64,000 nt of DNA, from positions 27,192-91,191 of the forward strand of contig MFJL01000019.1 of NCBI GenBank assembly GCA_001779195.1. Reading direction: 5' to 3'. The DNA comes from Candidatus Gottesmanbacteria bacterium RIFCSPHIGHO2_02_FULL_39_11. Its GTDB lineage: Bacteria > Patescibacteriota > Microgenomatia > 2-02-FULL-39-11. Positions 1 through 9,121 of the stretch are shown piece after piece. How positions within the stretch are numbered: the first letter of the stretch is position 1; each line of letters starts with the position of its first letter. Both the position numbers and the translations under genes were made by a program. The notes beneath the pieces were generated by a model that saw only the letters and a program-made list of their open reading frames with translations, was not told the origin of the DNA and did no database searches.

Positions 1-1862
1 TGCTGGTTGATAAGCCGTTTATGAATTGTTCCTTCAAGTTCAATTAATTTTGCCGATTCATCTTCTGTGAGACGACTGATGGGAATTCCGGTCCATCTTG
101 AAACAATTTCAGCGATGATATCGGGATTTACCACATTGGTTGTGGTCGACTTCTTCACAGTGTACTGCTCCTGGAGTTTTTTAAGATTTTCCTGACTATC
201 TGACATTTCTTTCTCAAGGGTATCGATTCTTACTTTGTCTCCCAGTTTTTGCGCCTCTGTTTTCTCATTGGTTAAGAGCTTAAGACGTTTTTCAAGACTT
301 TTTATTTCTTCAGGAAGAGAGATCGCGGGAAGTCTCACCGATGCTGCCGCCTCATCAATAAGATCAACTGCCTTATCCGGCAAAAAGCGATCTCCTATGT
401 ATCTCTGAGAAAGTCTGACCGCCGCTTCAATTGCCTCATCTGAAATCTTAACCCGATGGAATGCTTCATACTTATCCCGAATTGCCTGAAGCATTTCAAT
501 TGCTACATCAGCCGTTGGCTCAGGAATCAGAACCGGCTGAAACCTTCTCTCAAGAGCAGGATCTTTTTCGATATATTTCCGGTATTCCGTAACCGTTGTT
601 GTTCCAATTGTCTGAAGTTCTCCCCGGGCAAGAGAAGGTTTTAGAATGTTACTGGCATCCATGGTTCCTTCACTCCCAGATCCTGCGCCAACCATATTAT
701 GAAGTTCATCAATAAAAAGAATGATAGATCCGGCGCTTGCTTTAACTTCCTTTATCAAATTCTTAAGTCTTTCTTCAAACTCTCCTCTGTGTTTGGCACC
801 AGCTATAAGAGACATCAGATCCAAAAGCAGAATCCGTTTATGAAGAAGTGTTTCCGGGACATCTTTTTTGGCGATACGTTCTGCTAATCCTTCAACAATT
901 GCGGTCTTACCCACCCCTGCATCCCCAATTAGAACCGGATTGTTTTTGGTGCGCCTGGATAACACATGGATGATTCTTTCAATTTCATAGCTTCTTCCAA
1001 CAACGGGATCTAACTCTCCACGAGCAGCTTTTGCGGTTAAATCTTCAGCGAATTCCTCAAGAGATGATTTGGATTTATCATCTTCTTTTTTTCCAACTTC
1101 TGCCTTTCCCATTATCTTTTTACTCAAAACTTCTTTTGTCAGGCCGAATTTAGAAAGAGTCTGAGCAGCAACTCCTTCTCCTTCCTTAGAAAGGGCCAAA
1201 AGAATATGTTCAGGAGAAATAAATTCATATCCTAAAGTCCGGGCAGCAGAAAGGGAGAATTCCAAAATAAGCTTTACCCGGGGAGAGAAATGGGGCTGGC
1301 CTACAAAATTTCCCCGAGTGAATCCTTTTTCCAAAGCAGCCTGAATTTCAGAAGGAGTTGCTTTACACTCCGAAATAAGCTGATAAATACTTGCATCATG
1401 AAGAAGTGCCCATAACACATGTTCGCTGTCTACATATTGACCTTTAATTTCCTTAACTTTGGTAACTGCCGACATCAAAGCCTGATTGCTTCTTTGGGTT
1501 AAGCGGGACAACACATCCATTCCAACTCTTTTTTGCATATCGATACTGGAATGGTTGGGATCAGCAGTTGGGGTAGGGGAGACAGAGGCAGAAGGTGCAG
1601 AAGACGGCACACTATCGGGAGACGAAGATGAAGGAACACTCTCATTCTGTACATTAGTCGTCGTAGTTGTGGTCGAGGTGGTTTGAGGAATTTCAACGGC
1701 AGGGGGATTTCCAACTCCGTTATAAGAAACGGGATGGACGACAACCGGCTGACTCGTAGTTGTGCTTGTCACCTGAGTTGTGCTTATATCAACCGGAGTC
1801 TGAGACGGTTGATTTTCATCTTTTGGATTTTTCTTTAAAAATTTAGAAAAAGAGAATGCCAT
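1..1862 (-). CDS. clpC: ATP-dependent Clp protease ATP-binding subunit (ClpC/ClpB-like), runs off the window start; long S/T/P-rich N-terminal extension
   Basis: Manual translation (not in the ORF track): [14 protein letters not shown]..., Clp-N repeats ([19 protein letters not shown]), [20 protein letters not shown] Walker A, LFIDELH Walker [15 protein letters not shown], short coiled-coil middle domain, SRWTGIP. Confidence 0.9.
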   Translation of the reverse strand, partial: MAFSFSKFLKKNPKDENQPSQTPVDISTTQVTSTTTSQPVVVHPVSYNGVGNPPAVEIPQTTSTTTTTTNVQNESVPSSSSPDSVPSSAPSASVSPTPTADPNHSSIDMQKRVGMDVLSRLTQRSNQALMSAVTKVKEIKGQYVDSEHVLWALLHDASIYQLISECKATPSEIQAALEKGFTRGNFVGQPHFSPRVKLILEFSLSAARTLGYEFISPEHILLALSKEGEGVAAQTLSKFGLTKEVLSKKIMGKAEVGKKEDDKSKSSLEEFAEDLTAKAARGELDPVVGRSYEIERIIHVLSRRTKNNPVLIGDAGVGKTAIVEGLAERIAKKDVPETLLHKRILLLDLMSLIAGAKHRGEFEERLKNLIKEVKASAGSIILFIDELHNMVGAGSGSEGTMDASNILKPSLARGELQTIGTTTVTEYRKYIEKDPALERRFQPVLIPEPTADVAIEMLQAIRDKYEAFHRVKISDEAIEAAVRLSQRYIGDRFLPDKAVDLIDEAAASVRLPAISLPEEIKSLEKRLKLLTNEKTEAQKLGDKVRIDTLEKEMSDSQENLKKLQEQYTVKKSTTTNVVNPDIIAEIVSRWTGIPISRLTEDESAKLIELEGTIHKRLINQ

Positions 1863-1940
1863 AGGTTTAACTGGACAAAAAATAATGCCTTACTTTAGTT
1901 AACCATGATCATAAGAAGTATGTCAAGGAATAGCACAAGA

Positions 1941-2031
1941 AGTTTAGGTAAAAGGTTAAAGGTAATAGACAAATTAATTGAGAAAATAATTTCATATATC
2001 TTTAACCTAGCACCTTTTACCTTTAACCTAT
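1941..2031. repeat. Paired inverted heptamer tracts (GTWAAAG-like, then CTTTWAC-like)
   Basis: AGTTTAG GTAAAAG GTTAAAG GTAATAG at 1941-1968; CTTTAAC CTAGCAC CTTTTAC CTTTAAC at 2000-2027. Confidence 0.7.
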
Positions 2032-2123
2032 TATTGTTTTCACGATTTTATATATGGTTAAGTAGTAGTCTGACACTAAACGAAATAGTTGCAGTAGGAT
2101 TTTTCACATTTTAGGCTAGAGGT

Positions 2124-3428
2124 ATGGAGCAACATCCGGTACCCAGAAATATCTCAGGATTCCAGTTTCGATTAATAGGGGATATGACCCTAAAACAGTT
2201 TGGGTATTTAGCCGGGGGAGCTCTAATCGGATATTTAATATACGCGGTTTTTCCGATTCCTCCTCTTTTTAAATATCCTCTTATTGCAGTCATTGTTTTA
2301 GGAGGAGTAGCATTGGCATTTCTGCCCATTCAGGACAGACCTTTGGATAAATGGCTTATTGCTTTTATCAAAAGCATAACAAGGCCTACTCAGTTTTTAT
2401 GGCAGAAATACGAAGAAGCTCCCGAGATTTTGACACGTCCCTATACGACCGCCCAACAACCGGTACAAGAAAAGCATGTTCAACTGCATCATGAAAGCAA
2501 CCTGAAGCTTAAAGCTTATCTTGCATCCCTTCCGCCAACTACACAACAGACGTATAATATTCACGAAAAACAGTATATTGATCAAACTCTTGCTCTTTTT
2601 GGTACTCCCGTTCCGATAATCCGAGTCCCTTCTCTTAATTCTTCAACGCCTAATCATCCTCACCAGGAGGAGAGCGTGAGACTTTCACAAGCACCTGCTC
2701 AAATTTTACCCAGTCAATCGATAAGAGTTGCCCCTCCGGTAATTCATCCGCCTCATATTCCGACGGTTATTCCAAGTCCTCCTGCGCAGCCGCCTCCCTC
2801 TATCCCGGTAACCTCATCTTCCCATCAAGCAACAGCTTCTGTTTTGGGAACGGTCAATAACTCAACCGATCCCAACACTGATGACAAGCTAAAACAGCTT
2901 CTTTCTGAAAAGGAAAATCTCGCACGGGAGCTTGAGATGCTTAAAAAGAAGATGGAGACCGAAAAAACAACCGTGGTTGTAAAGCCCCAATTTGCTCCGG
3001 ACATTGGGAATGAATCCACCGTCACAAAAGTTAAGGCTGAATCTGTTACTGATACCGTTGGAATACCGAGTCTTCCTCAAACTCCTAATATGGTTGTAGG
3101 TGTGGTTAAAGATCCAGGGAGGAAAATCCTGCCAAACATTATTATTACCATAAAAGATGCATTGGGTACCCCTGTCCGGGCACTTAAAACAAATAAGCTG
3201 GGTCAGTTTGCAATAGCCACTCCTCTTCAAAACGGAAATTACGTATTAGAATTTGAAGATCCCATGAAACGGTACATCTTTGAAAATGTACAAATTATTC
3301 TTAACGACACGCTTTTTATTCCGGTTGAGGTTTTAGCAAAAGGCCAAAGAGAAATTGTGCGTGAACAGCTTAATAAAGCAATATTTGGAGAATTAAATCC
3401 GGCACCTGCCCAAAACGGACTGATTTGA
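2124..3428 (+). CDS. PrgI-family T4SS membrane protein with Pro-rich linker, coiled coil and C-terminal carboxypeptidase-regulatory-like beta domain
   Basis: N-terminus HPVPRNISGFQFRLIGDMTLKQFGYL, 2 TM helices, DRPLDKW; C-terminus GVVKD...KTNKLGQF...NGNY. Confidence 0.8.
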   Translation: MEQHPVPRNISGFQFRLIGDMTLKQFGYLAGGALIGYLIYAVFPIPPLFKYPLIAVIVLGGVALAFLPIQDRPLDKWLIAFIKSITRPTQFLWQKYEEAPEILTRPYTTAQQPVQEKHVQLHHESNLKLKAYLASLPPTTQQTYNIHEKQYIDQTLALFGTPVPIIRVPSLNSSTPNHPHQEESVRLSQAPAQILPSQSIRVAPPVIHPPHIPTVIPSPPAQPPPSIPVTSSSHQATASVLGTVNNSTDPNTDDKLKQLLSEKENLARELEMLKKKMETEKTTVVVKPQFAPDIGNESTVTKVKAESVTDTVGIPSLPQTPNMVVGVVKDPGRKILPNIIITIKDALGTPVRALKTNKLGQFAIATPLQNGNYVLEFEDPMKRYIFENVQIILNDTLFIPVEVLAKGQREIVREQLNKAIFGELNPAPAQNGLI

Positions 3429-3496
3429 TTCTCATGTGAATGATTGAAAAGTAAATTGTCACTTTTAACTTTTACCTTTTAACTTTAAACTAAAGT

Positions 3497-4186
3497 ATGG
3501 CATCACCTATCGGAACACCTATTCGCGCATCTACTCAGGATTTTTTGGATATTCAAACTATTTTAGATGATATTATTGTGCTTCGAGACGGATCTTGTGC
3601 AATAGCAATTGAGACAACTGCCGTAAATTTCGGTCTTCTTTCTGAAGAAGAACAGGACGCTCTAATTTATGCATATGCGGCTTTTTTAAATTCTCTCTCT
3701 TTTCCTCTTCAGATTGTCATCCTTTCAAAACGCATGGATATTTCTCTTTATATTGAGAGAATTACACGGGAAGAAGAGCGGCAGGTCGATGAAACAGTAA
3801 GACAGCGGCTCAAAAGATATAAAGAATTTATTATGTCCATTGTCAAAGAAAATAGAGTTCTTGAGAAAAAATTTTATCTGGTTATTTCGTTTTCAGCAGT
3901 TGAACTGGGAGTAAAAGGCGCTTTTCAAACAAATAGTCAAAAGAAAAAATTTCAGTTTTCCATGGATTACGTTTTATCGCGTGCAAAAACATCCCTCCTT
4001 CCCAAACGGGATCATGTACTAAGACAAATCGGAAGAATAGGACTTAAGGGAAGGCAACTTACCACACAGGAATTGGTTGAAATATTCTATAATATTTATA
4101 ACCCTACGTTAACCGGAGAAAAATTGGGAGATGTCGCAGGGTACGAAACTGCAATGGTTACTGGACAAGGAAAAAAATCATCATGA
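3497..4186 (+). CDS. T4SS-associated protein (TraC/VirB4 N-terminal-like) typical of CPR prgI-virB4 operons
   Basis: STQDFLDI, VNFGLLSEEEQDALIYAYAAFLNSLSFPLQI; lies between prgI and virB4 with ATGA overlap. Confidence 0.65.
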   Translation: MASPIGTPIRASTQDFLDIQTILDDIIVLRDGSCAIAIETTAVNFGLLSEEEQDALIYAYAAFLNSLSFPLQIVILSKRMDISLYIERITREEERQVDETVRQRLKRYKEFIMSIVKENRVLEKKFYLVISFSAVELGVKGAFQTNSQKKKFQFSMDYVLSRAKTSLLPKRDHVLRQIGRIGLKGRQLTTQELVEIFYNIYNPTLTGEKLGDVAGYETAMVTGQGKKSS

Positions 4187-6099
4187 ATTTCTCTTTTACA
4201 CCTAAAAAACAAAAACAATCAATTACCCCGGGAGAAGTTTCTAAAGTTGCAATCTCACCTAAAAATCCCGTCCCTGTGCCTGCCGGTGGTACGTCTAAAC
4301 TTGGTAGGGCAGGGGCTATTTCTCCGCAACTGAGAACTGAGGTAAATCATTATGTAAAGGGAACGGTAAATGTAAGAGATATTATCGCTCCCTCTTATGT
4401 AGAGGTAGACTTTGACAATATACGGGTTAACAATACGTATTATCGGACTCTTTTTGTCTCCGGATACCCGAGATATGTCTCTGCTAACTGGCTTCATCCG
4501 GTTCTTTCATTTGACCGGTCTCTTTTTATATCCATGTATATTTATCCTACAGAATCAAAAGTTATTTTAGAGGATCTTAAACGGAAAATCGCGGAGATGG
4601 AAGCAACCATTCAGGTGGATATGAAACGGGGGAAAGTAGTTGATCCCTCAGTCCAAGTAGCACTCGATGATGCTCTGAGCCTTCAGGCACAGCTTGCCAA
4701 AGGCGCTGAAAGATTTTACCAGTTCGGCCTATACGTCACCATTCCCTCCGAGGCAATTGATGATCTTAACCGAATGAGTAAGGAGGTTGAAGCAACTTTA
4801 GGTTCCCTCCTTATTATTCCTAAACACGCAACTCTTTCTCAGGAGGAAGGATTTAAATCAACTCTTCCTATGGGACTGGATAAGCTGGATGTAACCCGCA
4901 ATATGGACACTACGTCTCTTGCTACAACTTTTCCCTTTACCACAGCTTCACTTACTCAAAATGAAGGGATTTTGTATGGAATAAATGAACATGACGGGTC
5001 CCTGGTAATCTTTGACCGGTTTAGCCTCGAGAATTCAAACTCGGTTGTATTTGGAAAATCAGGAGGAGGAAAAAGCTTTCTGGTAAAACTTGAAACTATG
5101 AGACATCTTATGTTTGGAACAGAGGTTTTTGTCATTGATCCGGAAGGGGAATACACAGAGCTTACCAAAGTTATAGGAGGAGAGCTCATCAACTTCTCTT
5201 TTAATTCTCCCATTAAAATAAACCCTTTTGATTTATCCGGAGTTTATATAGAAGGAGAGAATGAGTTAGGACTTAAAATCCTTTCTCTGCATGCTCTGAT
5301 GCGGGTTATTATGGGAGATATTACTCCGGGAGAAGATGCGATTTTGGATCGGGCCCTAGTATTAACCTACAAACAAAAGGGGATTACTCCGGATCCGGGA
5401 ACTCAAAAAAACGAACCTCCTCTTATTGAGGATTTATATAAAGTTCTTATGGGAATGGAAGAAGATCACGCCAAATCCCTTGCTGAAAGGCTTGAAAAAT
5501 TTGTGAGGGGAAGTTTGGCTGGAATTTTTAATCAAAAATCAAATTTGGATCTGAAAAATCCTCTTACGGTTTTTAATGTTAAGGAGTTGGAAGCTGAGCT
5601 TCGACCGATTGCCATGTTTATAATTCTGGATCATATCTGGACAAAAATAAAAAAAACGATTAAAAAACGAATCATGGTTGTGGATGAGGCATGGTACCTG
5701 ATGAAACATCCTGATTCCGCAACTTTTCTTTATGGAATTGCTAAACGCGCCCGCAAGTACTACCTGGGGGTCACAACCATTACTCAGGATGTCGAAGATT
5801 TTCTATCAACAGATTACGGAAAAGCCATCATCACCAACTCATCTCTTCAAATTTTATTAAAACAGTCGCCGGCTGCAATTGAAAAACTCGCCCAGGTTTT
5901 TTACCTATCAGGAGGAGAAAAGCATTTTCTTCTTTCTGCAAATGTGGGAGAGGGACTTTTTTTTGCCGGCTCATCCCATGCCGCAATTCAAATTATTGCC
6001 TCTCCTGAAGAGTATCATTTGGCAACCTCAAAGCCTCAGGACATGGAAGATAAACCTCTTCCCATTTCCCATACCCCCGGACCCTCTCCTGCAGTATAA
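4183..6099 (+). CDS. virB4: VirB4-like T4SS ATPase (DUF87/HerA-FtsK superfamily)
   Basis: Walker A GKSGGGKS, IDPEGEY, INPFD, Walker B VVDEAW, KRARKY, TQD. Confidence 0.9.
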   Translation: MNFSFTPKKQKQSITPGEVSKVAISPKNPVPVPAGGTSKLGRAGAISPQLRTEVNHYVKGTVNVRDIIAPSYVEVDFDNIRVNNTYYRTLFVSGYPRYVSANWLHPVLSFDRSLFISMYIYPTESKVILEDLKRKIAEMEATIQVDMKRGKVVDPSVQVALDDALSLQAQLAKGAERFYQFGLYVTIPSEAIDDLNRMSKEVEATLGSLLIIPKHATLSQEEGFKSTLPMGLDKLDVTRNMDTTSLATTFPFTTASLTQNEGILYGINEHDGSLVIFDRFSLENSNSVVFGKSGGGKSFLVKLETMRHLMFGTEVFVIDPEGEYTELTKVIGGELINFSFNSPIKINPFDLSGVYIEGENELGLKILSLHALMRVIMGDITPGEDAILDRALVLTYKQKGITPDPGTQKNEPPLIEDLYKVLMGMEEDHAKSLAERLEKFVRGSLAGIFNQKSNLDLKNPLTVFNVKELEAELRPIAMFIILDHIWTKIKKTIKKRIMVVDEAWYLMKHPDSATFLYGIAKRARKYYLGVTTITQDVEDFLSTDYGKAIITNSSLQILLKQSPAAIEKLAQVFYLSGGEKHFLLSANVGEGLFFAGSSHAAIQIIASPEEYHLATSKPQDMEDKPLPISHTPGPSPAV

Positions 6100-6108
6100 T
6101 AAAAGGGT

Positions 6109-7674
6109 ATGAGCGCTGCCCACGGAAAACAACCTACAGAGTTAACACCGGAACAAGAAGAAGAACAAAAACAAAAAGAGCGTTTTGCTCCTGATCGAAT
6201 GGAACAGGACACAGAGTCTGTTTTCTCCCAATTTTTCACTTTCGCAGCAGCAATGGGCTGGGGAAAAATAAAAGGGGATAGAGAACAATTTGAATTATTT
6301 CAAGCCATTTCTAATACTCATCTAAGCGAAGTGATTCTTGATCTTTCAAACCCACAAAATATAAAGGACGCAAGAGCTCTCTATGCAACTGTTAAAAAAG
6401 AATTTGATAGACAAAATTTTGATCCTAAAACAAAAACATATAAAAAAGCCACTGCGTCCAGAGGTTCTCTTTGGGGAAAAGCAACCATCTCAACTGACAC
6501 CCTTACAAAAGCTGACCAGCAAATAACAGTGGGGGAACACTTTCACTCTCTGGTAAATTCTCATGAAACAAACACCCGTATTGACCAAGCAGTCTCTATA
6601 TATGGAATTAAAAATAGAGAAGAATTTGTATCCTCTTTAGCCAAACATCTGAAGGAAAATAGCGGTAATTTTGATGATGCCATTCATACTGTTGTAAGAC
6701 ATCAGACTGCTCTTGAGAAAACAGGAAAAAAGGATGGAAACTTAAATAAAGAACAAGATAATGCATTAAACTCCTCTTACGAAAAATTTTCCAAACAGGA
6801 ATTAAAAGATGAGGCACGACAAAAAGCGGTTGAATATGGTGAATCCATTAAACCTGAGGCTGAAGAGGTGATGGTTAAAATCAAAGCAGGCTTGGATCCA
6901 GATCAGCTTCAAACAGAACTGAATGCAATCGGAAAACCGGTTCAAGAACCCGAGCCTCCTCCGTCTCCTATACAACCACCTGCTTCTGGTTCTATCTCTC
7001 TGGAGGCTCTTGGTTCCGGACAAAACGCACCGCATCCGGAAATGGACGAGTTATATGGAGAAATGATGGGGGAGAGTCCTACGGTTGTTGTTCCCGCGGG
7101 AAGTCCTTCTCTTAAGGGAGCAGTAAATGCCATTAATAATCCTCAAACTCCGATTCCACATATGTCTTCTGTATCATCTCCAGTAGGATCAGTATCGGTT
7201 AAAGGATTAAAAGGTCTTTTGGGGAAAGCCGCCGGTCTTTTTTCAAAACTTAAATCATTAGCTTCAACTCTTTCAAATGCTACGCTAGCTATTCCCGGGG
7301 TAGGAGAAATAGTAAAAGGACTTCAAATTGCAAAAAAAGTTCTGGATCGTATTCCTATTATTGGACAAGCGGTTAATAATGCGATTAATAATGCTTTTAG
7401 CACTCTTCTTAAAGTGTTTGGATTGTCACTTGCAGCAATTTTTCTTTTTCTTCTGATTTTTATAACCAGTTTCAGCGATCCCTCTACTTTGTTCTCACCC
7501 ACACCATCTAATTTAGGTGCATCAAACCCTTCAAATCTTTCCTGGAGTACATTTGAAAAAGATTATTTACAGCTTGCAGAGAAAAAAGAAGAAAAAGATA
7601 TTTCCTGGATCGAATTTCAAAAACAGTTTCTTAGCTCCTCAAAAATCTATCTTTCAGAGACTTCTTCCCGCTAG
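6109..7674 (+). CDS. Hypothetical protein: charged helical N-half, P/S-rich linker, C-terminal TM helix
   Basis: 521 aa ORF immediately after virB4; TATAAT 8 nt upstream of the ATG. Confidence 0.7.
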   Translation: MSAAHGKQPTELTPEQEEEQKQKERFAPDRMEQDTESVFSQFFTFAAAMGWGKIKGDREQFELFQAISNTHLSEVILDLSNPQNIKDARALYATVKKEFDRQNFDPKTKTYKKATASRGSLWGKATISTDTLTKADQQITVGEHFHSLVNSHETNTRIDQAVSIYGIKNREEFVSSLAKHLKENSGNFDDAIHTVVRHQTALEKTGKKDGNLNKEQDNALNSSYEKFSKQELKDEARQKAVEYGESIKPEAEEVMVKIKAGLDPDQLQTELNAIGKPVQEPEPPPSPIQPPASGSISLEALGSGQNAPHPEMDELYGEMMGESPTVVVPAGSPSLKGAVNAINNPQTPIPHMSSVSSPVGSVSVKGLKGLLGKAAGLFSKLKSLASTLSNATLAIPGVGEIVKGLQIAKKVLDRIPIIGQAVNNAINNAFSTLLKVFGLSLAAIFLFLLIFITSFSDPSTLFSPTPSNLGASNPSNLSWSTFEKDYLQLAEKKEEKDISWIEFQKQFLSSSKIYLSETSSR

Positions 7675-7732
7675 CTACTATTTATTTTCAATTCATTGGA
7701 TTTGAGTTCGTATGTCCATTACAATCCAAAAG

Positions 7733-7760
7733 ATGGATCCCGGGTCAAGCCCGGGATGAC
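7733..7760. repeat. GTCAT/ATGAC-tagged palindromic repeat (half element), probable terminator between convergent genes
   Basis: ATGGATCCCGGGTCAAGCCCGGGATGAC, exact reverse complement of 51163-51190. Confidence 0.8.
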
Positions 7761-7770
7761 AAAATATTTT

Positions 7771-7831
7771 TTATTGGTTTATTGGATTATTGGTACTTAT
7801 TGGTAATTGGATAATTGGGTTATTGGATAAT
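7771..7831. repeat. Octamer-type tandem tract (TTATTGGN)n
   Basis: ttattggtttattggattattggtacttattggtaattggataattgggttattggataat. Confidence 0.8.
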
Positions 7832-7835
7832 TTCC

Positions 7836-8945
7836 TTATCCTTGTACCCGTACCGGCATAATAATATGAAGAAATGTTGAAGCTGACTCACTTGACTTAA
7901 AGAGCCCCGGACTTAAGTTTCCGGATATTTCAAAAACTACATCTCCCTGTGGAAAATTATTAAGAAGATCAAGTAGAAACCGGTAATTAAAAGCAATTTC
8001 TGTCTCTTCTCCCTGAACATTTGCCTCCAAAACTTCCTCATCACCTCCAACCTGAGGAGTATTAGCAGAAAGAGTAATAGTATTTTTCCCAACTACTACT
8101 TTAACTACATTAGCAGACCCCCGGGCAAAAAGAGATGTGGTCTTAACTGCCTGAAGAAAATCATCTTTTTTTAATATCACTTTTGTTTTAAACCCTTGAG
8201 GAATAATTTTTTCAATAGTCGGAAATTCTCCATCTATAAGACGTGAGTAAATCCTCACTTGAGGAAGAGAAAAAACCACCTGATTTTTATCCTTTAATAT
8301 CGTAAATCCCACCTCATTAACTTTCATTTCCGTTGCAATCCGGCTTACTTCAGTTAAAGTAACCGCAGGAATTATACCTATAAAATCCTCGGAAAATTTA
8401 GGAATTGTGATTTTTTCAATAGAAAGCCGATATCCATCTGTTGAGGTTAAAGAAAAGGTGTCTCCTGTCGCAACAATGCGAACACCGGTTAATATAGGAC
8501 GGGCCTCATCTGTTGATGCGGCAAAAACCATCCGGGGAATAGCGGTCTTAATAACAGAGTAGGGGAGTCTTCGATCAAAAACTGTAACCTCGGGAAAGGG
8601 AGGGAAATCTTCAGGATTAGATGTTGCAAATGTGGCTTTTGTTTTCCCGCTTATAATTTTTAATTGTGTTGCCTCCTGAATAAACTCAAGTTTTTCCCCA
8701 TGAACACTTCCCACAAACTCACTAAGAATTTTTCCGGGTACTGTAATTTCTCCTTTTTCTTCAACTTTAACCGGAAGGGTAAAAACAATTCCAAGTTCCA
8801 GATCTGTTCCTGATAAAATAAGTTCTTTATCTGTTGCTTTTATAAGGATATTGGAGAGAATGGGAAGTTGAGCTCTTGTAGGAATACTTCTTCCGACAAT
8901 CCCCAGTGCTTTTAAAAATGATTCTTTCAAAACTACAAAATGCAT
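7836..8945 (-). CDS. dnaN: DNA polymerase III beta sliding clamp
   Basis: LPILSNILI, TDLELGI, RPILTGV, STDGYRLS, SRLIDGEFP, AFNYRFLLD, IIMPVR. Confidence 0.97.
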   Translation of the reverse strand: MHFVVLKESFLKALGIVGRSIPTRAQLPILSNILIKATDKELILSGTDLELGIVFTLPVKVEEKGEITVPGKILSEFVGSVHGEKLEFIQEATQLKIISGKTKATFATSNPEDFPPFPEVTVFDRRLPYSVIKTAIPRMVFAASTDEARPILTGVRIVATGDTFSLTSTDGYRLSIEKITIPKFSEDFIGIIPAVTLTEVSRIATEMKVNEVGFTILKDKNQVVFSLPQVRIYSRLIDGEFPTIEKIIPQGFKTKVILKKDDFLQAVKTTSLFARGSANVVKVVVGKNTITLSANTPQVGGDEEVLEANVQGEETEIAFNYRFLLDLLNNFPQGDVVFEISGNLSPGLFKSSESASTFLHIIMPVRVQG

Positions 8946-9121
8946 AAGTTTTAAATAGTAGTAGTATTAGTAAGTATTGGTGATAAGTGTAAAAGTTTTA
9001 GCTTCTACAGTCAAGGAAAGGATAAATTGTGTATTTTTTATGTGCATAACCGCCTATATGTTTTGTGTATAAAAATGTGGATAAAAAAAATTTATTGTGG
9101 ATAAGTTGATAAATCAATTTT
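8946..9121. promoter_or_regulatory. oriC: oriC: DnaA boxes, DnaA-trios and AT-rich unwinding element between dnaA and dnaN
   Basis: TGTGCATAA 9041, TGTGTATAA 9064, TGTGGATAA 9076 and 9096; trio run TAG TAG TAG TAT TAG TAA at 8956-8973 next to TTTTAAA and a degenerate box TGGTGATAA. Confidence 0.88.

Noticed and set aside
456-1744. Short ORFs in the track over the first 1.8 kb, and similar nested 60-130 aa ORFs across the window
   Set aside because: They are shadow frames of clpC and other well-supported genes.
2124-6099. Calling the prgI-virB4 region an ICE or conjugative element
   Set aside because: No integrase, relaxase, att sites or cargo boundaries are visible, and it is flanked by core genes.
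7771-7831. Repeat tracts and palindromes as a CRISPR array
   Set aside because: There is no constant repeat with unique spacers of regular length and no cas genes in the window.
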